Below are positions 30,075 through 41,771 of a stretch of DNA of 64,000 nt, piece after piece (position 1 is the stretch's first letter; the number at the start of each line of letters is the position of its first letter). Position numbers and translations under genes: made by a program. This DNA comes from Paramecium tetraurelia (taxonomy: Eukaryota): contig CT868385.1 in assembly GCA_000165425.1 (NCBI GenBank), forward strand, positions 310,001 through 374,000. Reading direction: 5' to 3'. The notes beneath the pieces were generated by a model. That model worked only from the letters and a program-made list of their open reading frames with translations. It was not told the origin of the DNA and did no database searches.

Positions 30075-30678
30075 TCATGTATATTTTGATAGTGAATTCA
30101 ATTATTTCATTATCTTTATATCCCATTGTCGTTGTTTAGCAGTATTCAACATATTCAACGTCTCAATATTGTACTTGCTTTCCAGGTCTAAATATTCTTA
30201 CAATGTCCTATTAAAAATTTCTGAAATCTCTTGCTTATAGTCTTTGCTAAAGGAGAATTCTTACACTCTCTTCTTGAACTCCAAAGCGCAAATCATTCCT
30301 ATATAAAAGTGCCCTATTGATATTACAAAATGATAAACCTTATTAATGATGCAAAAGTTCATCAATTTTCTCCCTTGTCCAGGAAGAAGGGTCAACCTTA
30401 CACCAAACCTCTGCAATCACTTAAATCTTATCAGTTTCATGATGCACTTAATAATTATATCCAATCTTCCATCTCGTATGAGCCAAAGCTGGGTCATCTT
30501 CAGGAGGAACTCCTTGAAATTGATCCCAAGTTAATTTCCTTATTTCCAAATCATTCTCACTTTTCGAGTTACTGGGTAAACTCTAATTTATTGAAGAAGA
30601 ACTATCATTTTTAGAGTTTCTTGATCTACTCAATGGATTTGATTCCTCACTTGTATTTATTGATTATATATTTATCAT
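30075..30678 (-). CDS. DUF922-like (bacterial zincin-type) protein with HQxxH in place of HExxH
   Basis: RKLTWDQFQGVPPEDDPALAHTRWKIGYNY...VDPSSWTREKIDELLHHQQGHFYIG...KYNIETLNMLNTAKQRQWDIKI. A 25-nt intron at 30314-30338 splits the Gly codon of the motif. 192 aa. Confidence 0.7.
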
Positions 30679-30734
30679 AATTTTAATCAATAAAGATAAG
30701 GGAAGAGTCAAACCCATTTTATGCAACGAAAAGA

Positions 30735-32414
30735 TCAATAGAAGGAGAATTAACTCAGAATATATAACTTATCCATTATTTAATACATATATTTTACTGT
30801 ATTGTTTAAAAATGCAAGAAATCTCTCACTATTACTTTTATTCATAATTCAATGCAATCTATCGTAATTACTCAAATGCGTTATTCAAATTTTACTAATA
30901 TATATATGTATTTAATACCATGGTTAAGGGGAACAAGTTTGTTGATGAAGTACAGTTATTTGGATAGATCAAGAATTACGCCAATAAAGGAACTTAGGTA
31001 ATTGGCTTTTATTATCTTTATTACTATGGCACTGTTTGAATACCATACTATTAAGATCCTTATCCACTATTACCAAGATATTTTATTTGATCTTGTTGTT
31101 AATTATACTCTTGTAATGGTAATGTATTAGCTTAGGCTGAAGTTTACCCAATTTAGGATTGATGAACCTATTATTATACTTGGGGATGAGGAATTGGAGT
31201 ATTTTAAACTGCTGATTATTATTGTGTTTATTGATTAACTTAAACTTATGGTTATTATTAATGAACTTCCTATTATTTTTATGAAACGACAGGTTATTAT
31301 TAAACTTTTGTGCTATGATCTTCTTAATTTTTGGTTTGTGATTTATTGGTTTAATTAGATATAATTTATTGATTATTTTATTATACTTTTGCTTATTAAG
31401 ATATTTATTAATTTGAATGCTATTGGTGCTATTATAATTATTATTAATGTTATTATTATTATTGTTGTTATTATTATTAATGTTATTATTATTGTTATTA
31501 TTATTATTGTTACTATTATTATTATTATTATTATTACTATTATTATTACTATTATTAATTGGAACTTTTTTAATCTTATTATTAAGTTTCTTTTCTTTTT
31601 TGAGAGTCTTATACTTATTAATTTACAGAGTCACTCACTTATTATTTAGCTGCTTGATCCTAGCTTTATTATTATTCTGAGGCTTGTTGGTCTTTTAGAA
31701 CATACTATGGTTATTACACAAAGTCATCATTTCTGTTTCTTTGTTACCTTCTTTAGTTATAGTTTTTGTTATTATTATTATAATATTAATATTAATTTGT
31801 TCTTCTTTAATTCCATCCTTCATTATATGTATTTTTTTAATATCTTTGTTACCCTCTATCAGTTCTATAATTTTATTAATTGTCTTGTTGATCGTAATCG
31901 TCATCTTAATTTCTAGCATCATCTCTATAGTTTCTGTTATTGTAATTCTATGATGAACTTAAAATAATGAGATTGAATACTTGAATTATTTTTGATTATA
32001 TCCATACCTTTCATTATTTTTGGTGTTTCTTTATTCTTGCTATTTCTAGTATTAATCACTTTGCTTTCTATTATTCTTCTGATCATAATCCTTGTTTGAG
32101 TTTTTTCTATACTTATTTTGAGATTTGGATTTTTCATTTTCATTTGTAATCCATTCACCATCGTCGTTATTATCTTATTTTTTGAGATTTTAGATATCTC
32201 TTTCAACTAACTCAAATTAATAATAATGTCTTTTAGCAATGTTATAAACTTCGCTTTCCTAAAATTTTTGAATAAAAGTTAATACTTTGAAATGATATTC
32301 TTTTGAAAGTCTATAGATTTCATCTCTTTATCTCTAATCTAAAGTACCTCTTTTCTATTTCCAATCAACTTCAGCTGGACATTAATCTTTTGTATCACTT
32401 TCGTAATCACTCAT
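30735..32414 (-). CDS. Q/N-rich low-complexity protein with N-terminal UBA/CUE-like helical domain (UBAP2L/Def1-like layout)
   Basis: N-terminus DEIYRLSKEYHFKESEVYNIAKRHYYQFELVERDIQ...GEWITNENEK, then R/N/Y-rich repeats, a poly-Gln tract and a Q/P/Y-rich tail. Open to TGA at 30735. The family call is tentative. Confidence 0.65.
31438..31557 (-). repeat. (TAA/TAG/CAA)n microsatellite encoding poly-Gln: Q25-H-Q10-H-Q3
   Basis: In frame with the 30735-32414 gene. It appears as poly-Leu/Ile ORFs on the + strand of the ORF track. Confidence 0.9.
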
Positions 32415-33625
32415 TAAATAAATATTTATAAAAATTAGAATTAAGAATTCGATTCTTGTGTATATTAATCACTTATTGATTCATAACTATTAAATAATAT
32501 GAGGGATTAAGTCAATTTTAAGAAATTGCATGTTTACGCCCCTTAAACTCACTAATCTGAAGCAAAATTATTATTATAAACTTTTTAAATTGCAAAAAAT
32601 AATTTCTAGCGGTAAAATAAAATACATATGATCCAAATGATATCTATTTTATGAGATGAAAAAAGATGATAGGAAATGATAATTGAAATATATTTCAAAG
32701 TAAATCAACATTTTTTGGAAAGAAAAAACAAGATTTTTTTGAAAGTAATTGTTTTATCAATTCTACCATATAATAATAAATTATATGAATTCATAGTATT
32801 AGTTAAATATTATTTATTAAATCATAATTAAATATATTTTATATATTATATTAAATAAATTTATATTATTTTCTTTTTAATAGAATCATTGGATGATAAA
32901 TATTGTGTATCCTTCATGCTCTAAACTAATAAATCATTAAAACTTCATTACATACTTCTAATCTACGTTATTTATACTCTATAGTTAACATTGCTAAACT
33001 ACTTTCTTATTCATTTAAGTAAAATGCCAAGTAAAGTTTGTTTGGTTCTAAAGGAAAAAGAGAAAGACATAGAATGTAAATTAATTAATTAATTATTGGA
33101 TACTATGGAAGTGAAGTTCAAATTTAAGAACTTAATGAACTTATAAAGTCTTACTCTGTATTTAAAATTAAATTTACATAAATTTATTTTGTTTTTATCG
33201 CAGGCTCTACTTATTTCAAATAAAGTCTTGAGCATCATTATAATATAAGGTTAATAATTCAAACTTTATCACCCTTCTACTGTGTCTTTATAGAATTAAA
33301 TTTTGCACAATAAAATAAGAATTCTCCAAATGATAAAACGGAAAAATCATGTATTTAAACTTATATTTCATTAGCCTATAGCTGACTAAACACTTTTTTA
33401 ACTATCAATTTCAATGTTATTGCATTATTTACATAATTAATTAATAGTATTATGCTAAGAATTTGATAAAATCTTAGAGTTGATATTTAGTGAAAGGAAG
33501 AAAATATTTCCATTAATATTAATTTTAAATTATTTTTCAAACTTAGTCCAGATCAACTTACATGCAAAACACTTTTAACTTCGCTTAAACTTTATCAAAC
33601 CAATTTAATAGTAATTAAAAATTTA

Positions 33626-35123
33626 ATGGTTAGGTTTCATGAACATATAACAACAGGTGCTATCTGCGCTTCCCAATGAAATAGATATGAATAACCTTCC
33701 TTTGATGGCTCGATCAATTACTTTGTAAGATAATTCCACAATGATAGAAGAAAAATAAGTACTAGATTTTTTATATACAAGTAACAAAACCACCCAGGTG
33801 ATAAAAACAGTACCTAGAAGGGAGAGATGACTCAGTAAGTTTTAACTCCAAGAAAGGGAGGTAATGATTTCAACAGAGGATCTCCATTTGTCAAAATCAG
33901 CATTTACAAGTAGCACCAAATGTCTAATTAAAAAATATACATTCTTCAAGATGATAAGTAATATTTTTCAATATATACAAGAATAATTGGTAGCAATCAA
34001 GTCTCGAAGAATGAAATCTCTATATTTCGTCGTAAAAAAAATTAAAATCAAGGAGACAATAACATAGATATAGGTACTTGCTTTAATTAATATACTAGGC
34101 CTTAATTCATAAGAAGCAAATGCTGATTAGATTCCTTGTAAAATTTCTACAGAATTCGGTTTTCGTCATTCAAGTAGAATCACTCCACAAATTTTATGCT
34201 TCTTGTCATTAAAATATTTCCATGCAAAATTTAAATCAATGCCTTCAAATATCTTCGAACATATTCATTAATTCATCAAGTAGTTCTGATTATAATTTTA
34301 GAGAACGACCAATATTTTACATTTAGGATTGTGGCACTGCTTTAAAAACTTTGGTTAGAATTTAAAAAGAAAGCCCAAGAATAATGGAAGAAAATAATAG
34401 TTATTTAATTGGAGCAGATTTCTATTTTCATGTAGTTCAATTAAACTCAGTACCAAAGTCAATTGATAATAAGAAGAAGGACTAGGAATCTCCAATTGAG
34501 TATTTTTTTTAGACTCTTGTAAGAGAGAATGAAAAATTCGGAGCTCGAATTCATGGCTTGACAAAAGAGGAACAGGAAGTCTTCTAAGGTATTTGTAATT
34601 TTAATCGTAGTATACTTGTAAGAGTACAGAAAATTAAAGAAAAAAGGAAGGAAACAATATTAACTCTTAAACACTGATAGACCATTTCTTAAAATTCAAT
34701 TTGACACACCAATGTCTAGGCAAATCGCCATTTTCATAGGAAAGGCTGGATCCGTATAAACCTTTAAAATTGGAAGATCTTAGGATTGTGACATTATTGT
34801 CAATATGAATACTGTATCTAGAAAATAAACTTAAATTAAATTCAATAAAAATTAATGGGAAATCTGTGATGGAGAAGGGACACGATAATCAGCCAATGGA
34901 ACTTGGTAATCCTTATAACCTTATGGACAAACCTTATTGGAAACTTAACCAAAATAAAGTGTTCCTCATCTAATTGAAGATAAGATGGAAGTGAAAATTT
35001 GTGAAAACATTTTTAAATTTGAGATGATTAATTTTGGAGTCTCCAAAAAGTAAAAACTTTATCTATATCTTTAGACGAAAATTGACTAATGCATTATACT
35101 AGGAATTAGCTTAATACGAATGA
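33626..35123 (+). CDS. Tandem FHA-domain protein
   Basis: ATG is followed immediately by a 28-nt intron; about 7 tiny introns in total. Degenerate FHA1 (IFRR..DI..FYIQDCGTALKTLV) and canonical FHA2 (FKIGRSQDCDIIVNMNTVSRKQ...DGEGTRQSANGTW). Confidence 0.85.
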
Positions 35124-35559
35124 AATTTAATTATCTGATTTCAACAGTTTTATATATATATGTAAATATTATAATTATAATAATTTTTAATTAATTGTTC
35201 AAATAGCATAATTTTATTTATTAATAATTACATAATTATAATGCGAGAATGGGAGGATGTATAAAAAACAATAAAATCAATTCAAATTATTTTGATCTAA
35301 TTCTAAAAAATATATTAAATTTGCTATGGGCTTCTAAATGTGCTCTCAAAAATTGAATAATAACCTCATAAATTATTGAATGACAATAAGAATGATATAT
35401 TGTGATATACTTTGAAATATCAATGATTTAAATTGTTTAAGCGATTTATTCATTAGAACACATTAAGGGTCATAAAATGGGAATGTATTGATATTGACCA
35501 CCCTCTGTCTTAAATTCTCTATTTATTTGATAGTAATTTTAAATATTATTAAATTATTC

Positions 35560-36459
35560 ATGGCATAATTAGGAGAAGAATTCAAAGGCAAAGTAGATGA
35601 ATCTCAAAAAGGTGAAAAGGAGCAACAGGAACAGTTGGGCTCTTAGAAGGAGGAGAAGAACGTCGAATAAAATGAAGAAAAGAATAAAAACTAATCTTAG
35701 CCTTAAACACTTTTCGGTGGTTTGAGTTCTGGATAGAATTTCGGATAAAATTTGTTTAATAATAGTGGAATTAACTTAAAACCAGGCTAATTATTTACAG
35801 GAAATATCCTAAGTTCATCCACTTAACCATCATCTGAATTATTTTCATCTTTGTTTAATAATAATTCCAATGTAGAAATTAAACCCGTGCAACCTTAACC
35901 CTAAATCATTTAACAAGCACCTAAAGAAAGTGATGGATCAGATGATGATGGTAAATATGCTAATTATTTTATGATTAGATGAAGATGATTTAGATGAAAA
36001 GTACTTGTAGACCGAATAAAAATAGGAATATGCACCAAACACAGAATTGATTACCAAGGTAAAAATGATTAATTATTTTGCAAAGCAAGATATTGAGAAG
36101 TTTAGAAAGAATGCAAACGGAATTCTTGAGTAAGGTACTGCAGCAATTGAAAAAGCAAATAATGGTGAATGCTATTTCTTTGTTTATAGGTATTGTATAA
36201 AATTAAACACAGAAATGAAAAATAAGAAGTAGTCTATGCAGGTTAATTGATTAAAGGACTTTCAGTTACTAAGCCTTTAGGGCAGAAATAAGAAAATCTT
36301 CTTCTTAAAGTATTAGGTAAAAAAGAGTCGGAAAACTAAAAAGAACAAGAAGAAACTACTGAAAACAAATAGTTCACAATAGACACACTAAAATTGATGT
36401 TTAAATAAGAAGAAGGAGCTAATGCATTTAAGTCAGAATTGTCAAAGTCATTTTAATGA
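35560..36459 (+). CDS. Nup50/Nup2-like protein: FG/LF low-complexity region plus divergent Ran-binding domain
   Basis: TLFGG, NFGQNLFN, QLFTG and ELFSSLFN motifs, an acidic linker, then a RanBD-like beta domain ending LMFKQEEGANAFKSEL. Confidence 0.6.
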
Positions 36460-36540
36460 GAATATGTAGAAATTATTATGTTGTTTAAAAATAAATCAAA
36501 ATCTTATTCTATTTTAATGTAATAAAAACATAAAATAATA

Positions 36541-38164
36541 TCAAAGCTTAGTTTATTCGCATATATGATCTAATTTTTTTGCATGCTCTTGATTATGGAT
36601 CATGGTTTTACAATTAATTCCAAACCAACATTGAGATCTATTTTTAAGATCATCTGACAATTAATTTTTAATGGCAATTCTATATCTAAACACAATTTAC
36701 TACCATATCAATCCAAAACAATAACTACACACGGGCTTTTATATTAAAATCAAATTATACTGTATCAGGAGTTAATGTCAAATCAATATCTCTAACAGGA
36801 TTAGTAAGTATTTTATTGCTTTCAATATATCTGAATTGTCCTTTATTAATGCAATTCTCCATCATAAATTTAAATATATCCTATGTAGTAATATTGTTAT
36901 TTTTCTAATAATCAAGGAATCCTTTTTATTCTATATAATTTTATCGAAAACATTGAATGTCAACAGTTCCAGGGACTTTATGCTCTTAAAGTTTATGCAT
37001 AGGATTCTTATTACTAATCTAAGAGCAATTTTTGTTGTAAATTGAACAAAAGAACCTCTCACATAATTCACATCTAAAAACTAGTCTTTTTTCATTTAAA
37101 TCTATATATTAATTAAAATTTAATACCAAACTTAGGCATTTTTGATTCACAATTAGTGCAATTTAAATGTTGTTATCCTCTTTTTTAACATTGAAATCCA
37201 TTTATGGCTTTTAAGCAAGTAACACAATCTTTTGTAACTGGTCCATTATAATTAGATTAATCTTGTACACTGTTCTATGATTATTATGATTATTATTATT
37301 ATTATTATTATTAAGCTTATCCTCTTCCTCTTCCCCTTCCTCTAGCAGGAGCTACATTTTAAATCATTGGAACTTATTGTGGTGGTGGTGGAGGAGGAGC
37401 AGCTTAATTAAAAACTAGTGCATCTCCTTTTATCTTATTCTTCTCATCCATTTCTTTATATTCTTCTGGAGGTCTTTTCTTTTCTGGATGCATTAGCAAG
37501 TATTTCTCTACAACATTATTAACCATTGGATTTTTATTAACTGATTGAACCTCCTTTCTGCATGAAGGACATGTTTTTTGTTTAGCCATCCAATCTGAGA
37601 AACATGCTCCACAAAAATTGTGTAAACAAGGAATAAGAGAAACGCATTAGAAAATTACATCATCACAGATAGGACAGTGAATGTCATCTTACATTTCCTC
37701 CATCATTTATAGCTTCTTTTATTATTGCTCATCTAATTAGGCGGCTACTTTCACTTCTTTGACTTATTGAATTATCAATGTAAATCCAATAATATCTGAA
37801 ATAGGTACTTTACTTTTATGCAAAATAAATATTTCATCACCATTTTTAACAATAATTTCATTGCTTTTGCCAATTTTTTAATCTCCTATAAATGTTCCAT
37901 TAGTTGATAAATCTTAGAGTTAAGCTATATTATTTGCAGCATCCCATTTTAATTTACAATGAGTCCCAGATAATCGATTGTCTGGAATTATAATTTTGTT
38001 TGTTGGCAATCTCCCAATAGTAACCTAGATAGTTGTTGAGATTCTACTTCATTATCAAGGAGATCTTGAGAGCTTACTTTTGCTCCATTCATTGATATTA
38101 ATTTACCCCAAGGCTAGGTTGAAGAAGCAACTGAGGGTTGATCCAAATCTGGAGTTCCTTACAT
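36541..38164 (-). CDS. CHFR: E3 ubiquitin ligase CHFR ortholog (FHA-RING-Cys-rich-PBZ)
   Basis: PWGKL, IGR..SGTHC..DLSTNGT (FHA); [21 protein letters not shown] (RING); C-terminal [23 protein letters not shown] (PBZ motif). Confidence 0.9.
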
Positions 38165-38234
38165 TAGAATTGAATAAGAAATTAAATAATTCAAAAATAA
38201 TGGGTAGTATATACTAAAAAATATTATTTTTGTT

Positions 38235-39692
38235 TCATCTTCTTTTGTTGACAACAACTGCCTATTTGGGAAGCTTGGTTTCAATTGATTCATGTTTCGG
38301 TCTCTTGATTGAGATTGGTTTTTTATTTGGAGGAGGATTGCTGTTCACTTTAACACTCTTTTTTATGACAGTAGATTCGTGGCTTTTAGTTGAATTAGGT
38401 TAGATATTTTAAGGTTTCTCTTGTAAGACATCTTGATCATAATCATGATGATTCTCAAATTGAGCAGTGCCATTGGACTAATATTCGGGATTGCTTTCAA
38501 GAAGAGCCAGCTATCCAAATTAAGCAGCAATCGATCCAGTAACATAATACTCCTTTATGGATTAAGAAACTGAAGATTTTACAGATTATGGATTAACCTC
38601 CACATGTTATTTTTCTACCTTTTTTGGTGATTCCTCAAAATTTTATTTACCCACTTCATTTGAATTACTTAACTCTTAAAATTGGAATGATTCTTTATGG
38701 ATTTGAACAAAGTCTTAGTGTTATTCTTCTTAATTTAATTCACATAAAGTCACAACTTATTATTAAGTTACTGATTAAACATTTAATGGTGTTTTCGGTT
38801 CATCTTCTGTGATTTGTAATTAAATATCATATAATTGGGCAAAAGAAGTACTTAATTCTGTCATATTTGGTCTTGCATTTGGATCTAATTACAACATTTA
38901 TTTGATAACATTTTTGAGAACATAACCATTTCTTACACCAAATTCATCGATGGCTTCATTAATGACACCTAAGATATAAAAATAATATTTACTTTAGTTC
39001 AAAGAGTAGGTTTATTTATCGTAGAATGATTAAACATTACCATTTCCCCAAAGTTCCAAAGCAATCAAACCTAACTGATAGACTTCACTCTTCTCATGAT
39101 TATATTGAGGTCGTAGATCCTTTTTTCCTAATGCTGTTACTAATTCTGGTGATAAATACCACAATCCATCACTAGCTAATATACGTTTATAATGATTATA
39201 TCCAGTCAGTTAAGTGCAATTATTAAACTTGACTTCTCCTTTTGATTTATCAATTAATACAAAATCAGGTGTGAGATTTCCATGAACTTAGTTCTGTGTG
39301 TAGAGTTCTCTCAATCCTTCAGACAATGATTTCAGAACAAATAAGCAATTTACTGATGCCTATTTAGTAATCTCCCTGAGTGTAATGTCATAATATTCAT
39401 ATAAGGCCGAAACCTTATAAAAAGTACTACATAGATTGGACTCTTCTTGAGTATCAACTTCTACCAACTTCACAAGTTGATTTATGCTGTTGTATTGTTG
39501 AGTCTCTTTTAAAATCTTGCACAAATTTGCATAGTCCTCTTGATTTTGACATGTCTTAGAAACCATGGCGTATAAATTTCCTTGTGATTCTACTATTTTG
39601 AATGATCCATAAATATCATTCTCCTTATACCCTAATATGGTGAAGTTCTTTGATTTAATTATTCCCTCTGCTACTGATTATTGAGCACCCAT
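38235..39692 (-). CDS. N-myristoylation-motif pseudokinase with low-complexity tail
   Basis: Starts MGAQQS. Kinase fold with HRD->HGN and DFG->NCT; YLSPE and ML..DPNARP retained. Confidence 0.75.
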
Positions 39693-39755
39693 AAAAACTG
39701 AAAAATAAAATATAATAATAATTTATCTGTTAAATAAAGTATCAGTTAAAAATAA

Positions 39756-41765
39756 TCAAAATTAATATCCATTTTTTTATATTCTCATTTTTATTTTCTC
39801 TAATTTTAATTCATTTTCCTATCTATACAATTCATCTTATTTGCGATTATTATATTCCTTCAGATCAAATTTGAAATCTGCAACAGCCTAGTCCATAATC
39901 AATAGAGAACATTAGATTTTGATAATCAAATCCCTTAATTGCTGTGCCTATTTCGGTCTCTCGACCATTAACTTTTTAATATAACTATAAATCTGTTAGT
40001 AAAAGTAGATAAAGGAAATATCTCTGATACTCTGATCCAAATTTAGATTCAACAATGGATTTATTTTCTATTGGTTTTTTTTATCAAGTTTATCAATCTT
40101 GAATTCACAATTTTACAATAAAGTTTGCACCTCATTTTTGACAATGTTGTTCTAATCAATAAATTCCTTCTAAAATTCTTGATATTTCTAACTTTCTGCA
40201 AATTCTTAAAAATGTTAGAGTTGAAAGATATTCTGATTATTTTGAATGCTATCTTATAAGGAAATTCTTAATTAATACATTCTCTTAAATACTATAAACA
40301 AAGGCATCATCCACAAATTATTTTTGGCATCCAAAGTAGTTATGCATTTAGCAACAGTCTTCCCAATCATATTTAAACATTCTATATATTGTTTATACTT
40401 CTCAGAATATTACTCGAATTCCTTAACTAAATCTTCCTCAAATTTAATCACTTTAATGGTTGATTCATTATCATTTGGAGGCAATTATTTATGTTATGGT
40501 AATTTGAAGATTCTTTTTTCATGTTGAATCGTACTCTTCTCTTGCAATTACTAAAGAGTACTTAATTATTCATTTTCATTTGTAACTTAATTTTCGGAAG
40601 TATATAAATTTTGACTCACACTTGCATTAATGGACACAAATTTAGATTAAGAATCTTAAGGAGTTATTGTTTAGGTTTTTAAAAAGAAATTATCATAAGA
40701 GATGTTTTGCTAAATAGTTTGTAAAGAATTTTCAGTTTTGAATTATGATCTAATCTATTAGGTTTACGATTAAGTATTTAGAATAATAGGTGACTGTCTA
40801 TTTGGATGTTCCATTTTATAATGATTTGGAGTAGACTACATAGATCCTGGTTTGATTAGATTAACATTTGGATGTATTGTTCTTCTCGAACGTATTACCC
40901 TATGATTCTCTTAGGAGTCATCTTCTTATCCATTAAAGGATGTTTTCTATTATTCATATAGGGAACCTAAGTGTCTTTTGCTTCTGGATCTCAAATTGCT
41001 TTGCATCCTTTACACTGCCAAACTATATGAATTTAGAGTTGAATTCAATTTATATGGCTATTTATAATAAACAGCGACAGGAGGGGCTTCTTGCTTATGA
41101 GAATCAGATAGTAGATAATAGCCAAGATTTTCCCAGGAAATTCTTTTTTGAATGTCCTCTAACATAGGCAATAATATCAAAAAGTCATTGAAATTTCTAA
41201 TGTATTCAACCTACTATTCGCAATTCATATATCTTAACGGTTTGTATTGTTGTCGGGATAAAAACAGTTTTAATATTAATAATGCAAGCTAATTTGTTGG
41301 AGTTGAGTCTTTTTAGACTTTTTTATTAAAAACTCCTATGTCGAGTACTTTTAATTGATCTTGAACTTAAAATAGATTGTAGAGAGAGAAATCTAGCTAT
41401 TTATTCTATTTCAATAATGAATTATATGCCTTATACAAGTCAATCAGAATTCGTCTTACATTTTCTGTCTTTCTTGCTTCGATTAAGTCCTATTCATTTA
41501 AATGATATAATTCGCCTATGAAGTATAATTCTGTTCTGTTATCCGAGAACTTCACATCTTCTATTAGAACTATTTTTTGATTTGTTACTTCCAATTTAGC
41601 ACCTAATTCTTTGGTTACTCTCAAACACAATCCTCCACATTATGCAAGTGGCATTAAATCGAGTCTCCTATTTACACTCAAAGACACCATTGGAATATTT
41701 CCATTCCTGGCTTAATGAATTACAATTTGATCTGTTTGATATATAGTATGAATTATTTAATACAT
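39756..41765 (-). CDS. Highly degenerate kinase-like (ULK-like pseudokinase) N-terminus plus long C-terminal region; start codon uncertain
   Basis: KIVLIEDV..ELYFIGELY, VRRILIDLYKAYNSL, LKVLDIG, MLEDIQKRISWENL. The ATG at 41765 needs a 17-nt intron or a frameshift; an in-frame ATG lies at 41640. Confidence 0.55.
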
Positions 41766-41771
41766 TAATTA

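Noticed and set aside
30340..30345. UAR=Glu (peritrich-type code) as the explanation for HQQGH
   Set aside because: The invariant cathepsin oxyanion Gln is TAA, so UAR=Gln in this genome.
31389..31953. Poly-Leu/Ile 'membrane protein' ORFs on the + strand in the ORF track
   Set aside because: They are antisense read-outs of the minus-strand poly-Gln/Asn low-complexity gene.
32499..32560. Short hairpin (CAATTT-loop-AAATTG) with downstream CTGA as a snoRNA candidate
   Set aside because: No proper box C or H/ACA arrangement; such stems arise by chance in AT-rich DNA.
41600..41760. Retained germline IES causing the frame inconsistency
   Set aside because: No TA-bounded, AT-rich segment with TAYAG-like inverted ends and a suitable length was found.
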